From positions 58,342,001 to 58,406,000 of the forward strand of contig NC_086375.1 of NCBI RefSeq assembly GCF_036588685.1: a stretch of DNA of 64,000 nucleotides, written 5' to 3'. The notes beneath the pieces were generated by a model that was not told the DNA's origin, ran no database searches, and was given only the letters and a program-made list of their open reading frames with translations. Within the stretch, counting starts at the first letter, position 1. Every line of letters starts with the position of its first letter. Positions 53,563-64,000 of this stretch are shown here, one piece after another. The position numbers and the translations under genes are program-made. The stretch comes from Mytilus trossulus. Lineage: Eukaryota.

Positions 53563-53746
53563 TCCAGGCATATATTACCGTAGCCGTATTTGGCACAACC
53601 TTTTGGAATTTTGGATCCTTAATGCTCTTCAACTTTGTACTTGTTTGGCTTATAAACATTTTGATATGAGCGTCACTGATGAGTCTTATATAGACGAAAC
53701 GCGCGTCTGGCGTACTAAATTATAAACTTGGTACCTTTGATAACTA
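53563..53746. mobile_element. Right-arm-specific short interspersed repeat insertion
   Basis: Splits tagcatg|tcgcttcatatg, which is uninterrupted in the left arm (~32953-32972). Same family as copies at ~37780-37925 and ~39066-39165. Confidence 0.75.
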
Positions 53747-54818
53747 TTCGCTTCATATGTGGGAGGTCGTGGATTCGACCCTTGGCCGGGTAAAATCAAA
53801 TACTAGTACTTGAGAAAATAAATTGAACCTCCCGCTATGCACGCTGCATTTACAAGGGAAAACAAAAACTATACGTCTTGGAGTCATAATAATGATTCCG
53901 TTTAGTCGACATGTTTTTTTTTAACTGTTACATTGTGAACTTGCGATGCAAGAAATGCTTAGTGTGTCGGTCTATTACCAATACAAGTAGTGATTGTATT
54001 CGTGTCACATTTTCGTCCTGAATATGCATTTAATTTCCACTGAACTTCAATCATCAATCCAGCATCATCTTCTCTAAATTTATAGATATTCTCTAAAAGA
54101 AATATCATCATTTGTGCGCAAAGTTAAATCTATAAATGACGTACACGCTTACATGTAGTGCAAATGCATGCATTGAAACGATTGATGTATTTGCAATATT
54201 TTTTTATTAAAAACTAAAAATTCCTTTTGTTAACTCTATTTTCATCCATGTGTGGACCAATAATTCTGAAAAGAGATAACTTCATTAATGAAACAATTTG
54301 ATATTATTTGCAAATCTTATGAAAAATCAATGCATACAAATACCTTTATGGTCCATTTTTTCAACACTCGATTAAAATGTGGTTAATTTCTCTCGTTTTA
54401 AATAATTCCACTTTGTAATCATCAATAGTAGCCTTTCAAATTCTGGTATATACGTATTGTAAGACTTACATTATAAGATAGTAAAATAGGGGCCCTTAAT
54501 AGCTGACTATAAACGGTATGGGCTCTGCTCATTGTTGAAGGCCGTACGGTGACCTATAATTGTTAATGTCATTTTTGGTCTTTTGTGGATAGTTGTCTCA
54601 TTGGCAATCATACCACATCTTCTTTTTTATAACATGTTTTATAGAACAAATGTTGTAAATGAAAAAAAGTTTTACATGATTTATAGAACAAATACTGTGG
54701 ATAAAAAGAGTTAAACATGTTCTAAAAAACAAATAATGTGAAATAAAAAAGTTTAACATGTTTTGTAGAACAATTATTGCTACTAATTTCTGCTTTTAAA
54801 GAACACATACTTTGAACC

Positions 54819-55049
54819 TTAACAGCCTCTTCCTCCTCTCCCTCCCTGGCCTCCTGGGGTACCAGGTTCACCTCCACAGCCTCCATCAATAGGCCAAGTA
54901 GTAGTTTCATATCCCCAATCTGGTCCTCCAGGTTGTCCAGGTTCTCCTGGTCCTCCTCGTGATCCTGGTGCACCAGGAGAACCACCCCGTCCATTTACAA
55001 AACACAATAGTGTCACAGCAATAACAGTAATAAAAAGTACACTCTTCAT
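54819..55049 (-). CDS. Small secreted Gly/Pro-rich peptide precursor, copy B (76 aa)
   Basis: MKSVLFITVIAVTLLCFVNG|RGGSPGAPGSRGGPGEPGQPGGPDWGYETTTWPIDGGCGGEPGTPGGQGGRGGRGC*. Acceptor 55053-55054, donor 54810, acceptor 54266-54267 and AATAAA 54203-54208 are all conserved with copy A. Confidence 0.9.
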   Translation of the reverse strand: MKSVLFITVIAVTLLCFVNGRGGSPGAPGSRGGPGEPGQPGGPDWGYETTTWPIDGGCGGEPGTPGGQGGRGGRGC

Positions 55050-56184
55050 TTTCTGTAAGAAAATTATTTTTTGGAATCAAAATGACCTTCACTATTGAAT
55101 CCGGAAGAGTAAATAGATGTTCTCACCTGAAAAGATTTTTTATAAAAAATTACGTATTTTACTAGATTTACAATGCATCAATGTGTGAAAGCCGATTAAA
55201 ATTATATAAAGTATGTTTACCAAATTCCCTTCCACACTTTTATTCCCTTAAGCAAAAGTCAATCGAGGTTGTAAACTTCATTGATGGTATTAACTTTATA
55301 TTTAAAAATAAACTTACATGTTTCTCTTCTTTATTCTAAAATATTTTTTTTTTCAAATAGGCAAAAGAAGTCTGCACATCCAAAGAGTAAAAACTTATTT
55401 ATATCAAAAGGTAAACAATATTAGGACATCCTTTTGTGACATTTTGAAATATTTCAACGACGCAATTAAACAGGAAAAAATATATTTCCGTGTTATAATG
55501 GACAGTTTGATAAAATGTTCCTGTCTTGTCAAAATAATAAACGAGTTTACTTTTAAGTTGGGAAATGGTCATAGGGAAATAACCATTACAGAGAGACATT
55601 AATAGCCATCACATACAAACACCTATGTAATCTGGTAACTTACCTTTGTGTTATTCACCTTAACATGACAAAAACATACTGTTTTGTCGATAAAACGGTA
55701 GATATAGTATGCAATCTTGACTATTACATTAGTATATCTTTTTCAATACCCATAACAAAGGCAAAAACGTTTTCAATCATGGTGGTTTTCAAGGACAATT
55801 TATTTTATGGTGAATAGTTGCCTTCATTTCAGATAAAATGCTCTGCTGAAAAAATTGTATCACTTTTCTTTTATACTAAAACAATAGAAAAACGTTTATT
55901 TGGCCACTCATCCCACATGTCCATTCTTTTAATCTGAAATTACTACCATTTTTCGCATTTCTTCATTCGAGGTTTTATTCTTACTATTTATAACTTAATA
56001 TTCGTGAAAGAATGATGCATGCTTAGCAACAGATGCTATGTTACCCCAGTTGGTATCCCTTGATCGTCTCGTTACTTTAGAAGCTGATCATGCTATTCCG
56101 TTTGGTTTTCACTCTAAAGTTTGAACCTGGGCTTGATATGTAGGATCGCTATGTCTCGCTTTCTCGATAAAAATCGAAGGCTCG

Positions 56185-57450
56185 ACAAAACATAATAATT
56201 GTTGAATACCAGGATAGTTTTACAAGTCCTGGTGGAAAACTGGGTCGTACTGGCATTGTAAAACATTCCATTGACACGAGAGAGATGCTTAACCTATACG
56301 TGTTCCTCCTCAAAGGGTTCCTTTGACTCAAAAGAAAAACTATAGAAACAGAGATAGACAAAATGTTGGAAAATGATGCAATAGAGCCAAGTTCAAATGC
56401 ATGGTCCATACCTATATTACTAGTCACTAGAAAGATTACTCATTTAGGTTCTGTGTTGATTTTCGTCCATTAAATGCAGTTACAAAAAAAGATGCATATC
56501 CTCTGCCCCGACTAGATGAATCTTTATATACTTTCGGGAGAAATAGTCTTTTGTACAATTGATTTAACGGCTGGATATTAGCAATGTAAAATATCACCTG
56601 ACATGAAAGTAAAGACTGCTTTTACGTCACATAAGGGTCTTTTTCAGATTAAAGTACTTCATATCGGTCTCAGTAGAGCACCTCAAACTTTCAAACGTCT
56701 AATCGAAACAGTTTTAAAAGGCTATCAATAGGAACGCTGTCTATGCTGTTTAGATGACGGCATTATTTTTGGAGAAACATTTGAAAAGACATTCGAAAAT
56801 TTGAGACTACTTTTTTAAAGATTTAAGTCTACCAATTTGAAACTAAAACCAAGTAAATGTACTATGTTTCAAATTCAAGGTGTGTTCTTAGATCATGTAG
56901 TATCTAATAAAGATGTCAGTTGTGATCCAAGTAAAGTTGAGACTGTAAAAAAAATGGTCAGTTCCAACCTGTTTAACCGAGATGAGAAGTTGTCTGGGAC
57001 TTGCTGGGAATTACAAGAAATATATTCCAAACTTTTCAGAGATTGCGTCCCCTCTCACGGAGTTGACTAAGAAAGCTAGAAATTTTAAGAGGTCTGACGA
57101 TTGTCAAAAAGGTATTGATAAATTGAAGAAAATATTGATTTCGGTCCCTATTTTGATTTTTCCTAGGGAGGACAGTGAATATGTATTAGATACTGATTCA
57201 AGTGTCAATGGTATAGATTTTATTTGTCACAAATCAAAGATGGTGAGGAAAAATTATTGCATATAGCAGTAAAACTCTTAGTGATTTCCAAAGAAAATTT
57301 TGTACTACTAATAGGTAGTCACATTTGTTAAGCAGTTTAGACATTATTTGTTAGGTCAACATTTTAAGGTCAGGACCGATTACGCCTCTTTGATTTGGCT
57401 GAAAAATTTCAAAAATCCTGAAGGTATAATAGCCCGTTGGATAAGTTCAT
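56185..57450 (+). mobile_element. Mirror copy of the decayed Gypsy pol
   Basis: IEPSSNAWSIP...[22 protein letters not shown]...KLKPSKC...IPNFSEIASPLTELTKK...YVLDTDSS. Confidence 0.9.
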
Positions 57451-57869
57451 AAAATATGTTAGAGAGAAGCTTGTCCTGAGTGTACTAACAAAGATCGTGT
57501 GTCGGCTAAAAACAGTGACAATTGTCACTTAGAAACAGATTCACTATCTTTAGCGCCTATACAGGTTATAAAATCCGATCAGCAAATGACATGGAAAAAA
57601 TGTATGGTACAGGATATTCTTACACCTCATGTTGCAAACGGTGACCTTATAATAGTTGTATACCAAATTAGTTGATGGTTTGAGTTTGGCAAAATAATGA
57701 CCATGACATTAAGGTTTTTTTTTTATCTGAAGTCTTAATTTATGGTTTAACCCGCCGAAACGTTGTTTTCAATGTAGTTTATATCCCGTCAGAGTATAGT
57801 GGAATTTTTGGAATCGTTTGTTTTTTCAAAACAAAATTCTGTATTACATGTATATTTGTGAAAATATAT

Positions 57870-58225
57870 GGAACTCTCCACATTCTTTCATCTAGATAGT
57901 TTGGATGAAGGTCTGATGATACACCTTTCATTACTTTGAACTTGTATTTATCCTTGGCCCAGTAGGATTTAATGGCTTGTGTGTGCACCCCTGTTTCAGG
58001 GTCAACAAAATTCACCTAGTGGTTGACTGTTGCATGTTGTAGTTTAAGTTCTGTTTGTATATTACATTATGCTTTCCACAGAATATATGATGGTGTCAGG
58101 TTTCACTGCCTTTTCAATTATTGGTAATAGCGTAGCAGCATCTCTCTTCTCTACTAATTCCATGTAAGTGATGGCGGGTTTGAATGATGTGTCGGCTGGA
58201 CCAAATATCCATTATTCTTTCTTAG
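57870..58225 (-). mobile_element. Mirror copy of the Merlin / ISXO2 transposase remnant
   Basis: NFVDPETGVHTQAIKSYWAKDKYKFKVMKGVSSDLHPNYLDERMWR; reverse complement of 28370-28730. Confidence 0.88.
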
Positions 58226-58570
58226 GTCGTCATTAACCAAATTTTGATATGGCTGGTATTACACAGCTATTTTCAGACTTTCCTAAGCAGATGTCTGTTT
58301 TAGACAGAGTACACATAATTGTAACTAGACACAAAAACAGTTATTTCATGAACTGATCAACAGAACAACTAGACCAGTCAAACATATGTGCCATAGCAAG
58401 ACCTCTGAAGCCGCTCACAGACTCTTCTTACAAAGAAAATATCAAGAAAAGTGAAGTAACAAGGGACAAGAAATTGGCATTCTGTATGGCAGAGGGAGAA
58501 GCACATGATCCAGAACCATGGGCTACACAATTTGTAACAGATGTATCATCTGGTACAATAACAAGTATAA

Positions 58571-60020
58571 ACTAGATTTGTAATTGCTAGCAATAACGGA
58601 TGGCACCCTCCCCCTCATTGCCAGGTGAGCGGCAGCCATTTTGAAAATTCCAAAGTCGAAGAATGCATTTACAGATGGCAAGTAACATTTTTGCCAAGTT
58701 TCATTAAGTTTGAAGCATTTTGAAATTTCTGATATTTTAGCTGTTTCCATGGTAACGGCAGCCATTTTGAAAATTCCAAAGTCAAACTGGAAAACAGCAC
58801 ATGCCAGTTAACATTCCTGTGGAGTTTCTTCCAGTTTGGAACACTTTGATTTTTTTCGCATTTGTGCTGTTTCCATGGAAACGGCGGCCATCTTTTACCA
58901 TTCCATAGCAAGGTGCACAACTTCAAATGGGGTTCCTCATTATAGTTGAGTTCCATAAACATTGGTCCGTTCAATTCTGAGAACTCGCGCGGACAAAATG
59001 TGTGGAAGAAAAATAAAAATAAGAAACTAGATTTGCCATTGCAAGCAATAGCGGATGGCACCCTTCCCCTATTGCCAGGTGAGTGGCAGCCATTTAGAAA
59101 ATTCCAAAGTCATAAGAGTGCTTCTACACATGCAAATTATCACTTTTGTGAAGTTTCATTAAGTTTGGAGCATTTTGAAATTTTGGATTTTTTTGGTGTT
59201 GCCATGGTGGCGGCGGCCATTTTGAAAATTCCAACTTCAAAATGCAACTCTGCACATATCAGTTACCATTCCTGTAACGTTTCATCCAGTGAGTAGCACT
59301 TTGATTTTTTTTAGAAAATTTTGAACATTTTTGCTGTAACCATGGTTACAGTAGATAATTCCAAAATTCTAAAAGCAGACATCTCATTGCCACATGTCAT
59401 GTTATATATCAATACAGTTTTATTCCATTTGGTGCAAATTTTTTTGAGAAAATGCAGAATTTATGCATTTTTCCATAGGGTCAATGCAAAACTTGCTCCT
59501 TGTTTCCATGACAACAGCGGCCATTTTGGACTATCCAAATATTGTTTTGACATCTTAGGTTACTGGGTAACATTTTCATAAAGTTTCGTCTAGTTGGGTC
59601 TTATAACGAAAGAGTTAGCATTTTTGATATTTTAGTTGTTTCCATGGTAACGGCAGCCATTTTAAAAATTCCAAGACCAAAATGCAGCTCAGGCTATGCC
59701 TATTACTATTTCAGTGAAGTTTCATCCAGTTTGGAACATTTTGAATATTTTCGGATTTTTGCTGTTTCCATGGAAACGGCAGCCATTTTGACCATTCCAA
59801 AGTCAGGTGCACAACTTCACATGCTGGTCCACATTATGGTATAGTTCCATCAACAATGGTCAACTCAATTCCAAGAAACTGCGTGGACAAAATGTGTGGA
59901 AGAAGAATAAGGAAAAAAAGAATCGATGAATAACAATACGTCACCCCAACTCCGTTGAGGGTGCCATAAAAAAGAAACGTAGAATAACAATATGTCACCC
60001 CAACTCCGTTGAGGGTGCCA
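58571..60020. mobile_element. Right-arm-specific ~1.45-kb Helentron/HINE-like insertion with internal tandem repeats
   Basis: Empty site at ~28021-28040 in the left arm. Repeated ccatggtaacggcagccattttgaaaattcc units, a duplicated head (58571, 59027) and a duplicated terminal hairpin caccccaactccgttgagggtg. Confidence 0.8.
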
Positions 60021-61452
60021 TAAAAATGCAAGATATGCTGCCACCATCATATGGCGTCAACACTCAAACTCCTATGACAGTAAGAGAACCGTACAATTTC
60101 CATCCGAGTAAACTGGACATGTTGTTAAGAGGAAGAGGAAATCCACAGAGACTGATTACGTATATAGATAGAGGAGGGTGGCAGAAATTCCATCTGCCGA
60201 AGAAATTGGTTAAGTATACCATGAGTCTTGGAAAGAAAGAACTAAAAGATAAGATAGAAGAAAATGAAGACTTTGTAGAAATGCTTGGACAATATGGTGA
60301 CATAGGAAAATAACCACAGAAGACTTAAAGCTTTCCTTGATGACAATTGCCGTACTTGTCCCTATAGGCCTGAATCTGATGGATTAGCAGAAAGGATGAA
60401 TATATAAAGGCAACAGTAGTATGCCGCTGTTTGGTTTTAAAAGGGGTTTTCCTTAACAAAGTATAATGTGTCACTCGTGATGTCAGATTTTGTATCGCAT
60501 TTATTAAAAAAAGAATAAATATGCATATAACTCGGCCTTTATCTGATACTTTGTAATTCAAACACACATTCTTTGTTATGATGACAAATTAAAAACTTGG
60601 GGTATTTCATTTTGTTCATTTTAGGCTTCATAGGTTAATATGTGCTTATAAATTTAGAAAAGAATAAAAATTAGTACTTTTGTTTTTATCTGAAAATGAT
60701 TTGTTTTCCTTTTCAATAACTATCATGGTCACGAAAAGTCACGACTATGGCTTAATGCACACAAAAATGGAACAAAATCAAAGAAGAGACCTCCATATAA
60801 CATTTGCTCAAAGCCACCAACAGTCATTAACTCAAAATCCATCACATTTATTCGTCAGTTTCCGCTACAGAGCACTCACTCACACACAAATTCGATTACT
60901 CTCTAAACAGAAATAATAACCGGCATATATATCAACAAAAGTCAATACAGTTTCAAGAAGACCTGATAAGGAAAACACTTATATGTCAAACGATTTCAAA
61001 ACAATGTAAAAAGTACAAGAGTTAGAAATGATGTTCGCTGTGTGCGATTATAATGAAATCAAAAGAACCGAGCCAGTCAGAAATCGCTAGCTAGAAAAAT
61101 AACGCTGATACACAAAATTCGTTCAACCATATAATATATATGCAGGTCATTCCCACTGTATAAAAAATGTAAATGAAAATATAATATCTTTGAAAACTGA
61201 TGAAGAAAAAAAATCATCTCTGAAAATCCTATATTAAATAACCTATTTTATTTGGTATCCATGATATTACTTTCTGTCCTATCATCATTTCCTTGAAAGA
61301 GGGTTCTACTAATAGGACATCTATTCATTAAAGCTTCTAGTATGTAATATTGAAGTCATGTATTTGAAGATTGTGGCGTTCGTTTGATGCGTTTGAGCTT
61401 TTAAAATTGCCATTTGATAAGGGACTTTCTATTTTAAATTTTTCTTGGAGTT

Positions 61453-62787
61453 CTATGACGTGGAATCGGGGTCATCAATATCAAATAAAGCATATGCTTA
61501 ACTCTTTGTAGAATATGCTAAATTCATTTTAGGATATGCAAAAATCCTTTAAAGATATGCTAAAATCATTTAAGGATATGCTTAAATCACTTAAGGATAT
61601 TCAGATTAATAACTCACGTATACTAAATTGAATTAAGCATACCCTTAATTCCATGAAATATAAATTGTCCCGCGCCGAACTTTTATGTAGAGATTATCCT
61701 GCTTTTGTATTTTCTCCAGTTTTGAATACTGACATTTTTCGGGTTCAATATTAAGGTGCTAGCCCCCTCCCGTCAAATCAAAAGGTAGCTCACTCAATAA
61801 AGCAAGTTGACATTTACTGCAGATCTTTGACATCTTAAAATCGATCACTGTTCAGTTAACGTATTCAATCCTGCAAATAGAATTCAAAATTCAACACAAG
61901 GAAGATGTTCTGTGCGACTTTTTCTGTTAGACTTTAAAAATAAGCAGCGAAAATTATCTGATCATCCATTTATTTGGGATTTGTTTTTTATTATGGGGAC
62001 GAAGTCCCCAATTACGGTAGAAAAATCAATAAAAAAAAAAAAAAAAAAAATAATCGGGAAAATTTCCCGAAATTTTCATTGTACTAATGAACTCAAAATC
62101 GTTAACTTTTTTTTTCAGATCTACTTCCTGTTCCGTTTTCCCCCGCATTTGCGCAGATAACTGTCTTGTTTGCATGAGACTTTGATTTTTTTTTTATTTA
62201 TCAGTCTAGTAAAATATAACATTGGATCTCAATACAAATTCAATTTTAATAATTGTTTGATATGAATAAACGTTACCTGATGAAAGCGTTTCTTTTGTTT
62301 ACATCGAATATGACGTCATAACTTAAAGAACGTCACAGCTAATTCCCTAACAACAGAACCAAAGTCGGGAACGTTACGTACGGTATTTCGGTTTCTTTTA
62401 TCATCATGATTGAATTAAAAAATATAATACACACGACTTCGTCCCCATTCACAGGTTATGCCTGCCTCATATTAGTTAGAACCGCACGCAGCAACTTTCC
62501 AACCAACAAGTTAAGAAATAGAGATTTTCATTGGAGAACACAATAAAATCAGTCATATACTAATTCATTCAACATATTTTTAACCGAAATTTGTAAATCT
62601 GATCTTTTATTTGTGGAGTCTGACCTTGATTCCGCGCAAACATATTTGTAACAATTCAGCATATGCTAAAATCAGTTGAGCTTATGCTAAAATCAATTCA
62701 GCTTATGCTAAAACTATTAAATCATACCATTTAAAGAGTTTAGTATATGCCAAAATCGATGATTATGACTCGGAGTCCGCGCCATAC
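61453..62787. mobile_element. TIR element with internal ~22-bp repeats and a nested repeat (~61985-62480)
   Basis: tatgacgtggaatcggggtcat vs atgactcggagtccgcgccata; atatgctaaaatcatttaagg-like units at ~61510-61600 and ~62660-62750. Confidence 0.55.
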
Positions 62788-64000
62788 AGTTTGGTATTTT
62801 TGTTATTTTTACTTTTTTCGATTAGTTAATCAAGTTAATTTTTAAAATAAATTATTGTTATATTGAAGAGTTGCGTGTGTAAAAGGTGGAGAAATCTCAG
62901 CCAACAATATGATCGATAGAATTACAAATTCATCACGCTTTCTTACTAATTTAAGCCATTAGCTCCCCAGAATATGATATTTAAATTACGAACTCCCTTC
63001 ATCTAACTCAAATTAACGCCCAGTTTTTCTAAAGTTTTCCAGTAGTACCCCTGCTTCAATTATAATTATGTGTCCGGTCCCTAAATAGTTATAATAAGGT
63101 ATTAAAAACAATATGATGTCTAAGATATATCAAATTTTAAAAGGATCAATACTGTTACATGCCAGAGAAAACAGAAAACTGTCTGACGAGGTTTTTGAAA
63201 ATGAACATGAACGAGCGCTATAAACAGTATTAAATTTGAGAATCATCATTTTTTTCTCATCAGTTGACTGATAACGGAATCAAAATATAAAACATATTCA
63301 GAATTTTCAGAATGATATTAGATAAAAAAAAAAATATAAGTCTTATTGAACATGTGTGAACTCAATCTAACCAATGTTGTCAACAAACAAAAATATCTTG
63401 TTCATTTCAGTTCCAGAACACTTTATATTTGACTCAGAGACGTCTTTGACAAGATACGATTTCTCCCATCCGAAATTAGATGTGATATATAATCCCCAGA
63501 TTTTTTTTCAGTAACTTGGATATTGATGGGAGAAATCAATCGTCCACCTATTTGTCCTATCGTTGAATCCTCCTGAACCATTTTTTGTGAATAATTTGAC
63601 ACTCACAGATTATTATTATATGAAGGTTTTTTTTACCCTCTTATTTCGGTTCGCTGTTCTTTTTTACAAGTTGTAATTTGGCGCTAAAATTACTTACCCA
63701 GCTTGCACACTACACTAGACTTTTATAATAAAAGAAATACTCCTTAATCTCTCAATACTCTTTATTGACACTTTGTAAAAGAAGAGGGACGAAAAATATC
63801 AAAGGGACAGTCAAACTCGTAAATCTAAAACAAACCGACAACGCCATGGCTAAAAATTAAAAAGACAAACAGAAAAACAATAGTACACATGACACAACAT
63901 AGAAAACTAAAGAATAAACAACACGAACCCCACCAAAAACTAGGGGTGATCTCAGGTGCTCCGGAAGGGTAAGCAATAAGATTTGTGATGCCATTAAGCA

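Larger units (their letters stand above)
42714..61237 (-). repeat. Right arm (~18.5 kb) of the giant inverted duplication, longer mainly because of arm-specific insertions
   Basis: Reverse complement of 26829-41559 with extra blocks at about 45941-46243, 47340-47930, 50690-51825, 52015-52740, 53563-53746 and 58571-60020. Confidence 0.97.

Noticed and set aside
26829-61237. Palindrome as a chimeric fold-back read artefact
   Set aside because: The arms differ by many substitutions and by TSD-flanked insertions, so they are not one molecule read twice. A mis-join of two haplotypes is not excluded.
63410-63600. Possible exon after tcatttcag (VPEHFIFDSETSLTRYDF...)
   Set aside because: The frame closes quickly, and I see no recognisable homology or partner exon in the window.

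Overview
AT-rich, repeat-dense animal genomic DNA. The repeat families and gene structures suggest a bivalve, probably Mytilus (inference; not searched). The left 22 kb holds two divergently oriented conserved genes. One is a complete 10-coding-exon FIBP on the minus strand (CDS 421-11756, 362 aa) with nested transposons in its introns and 5' region. The other is a 3-coding-exon TMEM196-like gene on the plus strand (18786-21339, 180 aa). The main structure is a ~34 kb diverged palindrome with arms at ~26829-41559 and ~42714-61237 around a ~1.15 kb spacer. Each arm carries an intact 3-exon gene for a small secreted Gly-X-Pro/GGX peptide ending in Cys (31635-31859 +, 54819-55049 -). The unique spacer is almost fully occupied by a third small gene absent from the ORF track: a 52-aa signal-peptide Gly/Arg-rich precursor ending in GRRK (41839-41997 -), apparently with the same exon layout. 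The rest of the arms is mirrored transposon debris (Gypsy pol, Merlin transposase, Penelope-like RT, a 71-bp satellite, a Helentron-type element with 166-bp repeats) plus arm-specific insertions. All alignments, identities and homology calls were made by eye.
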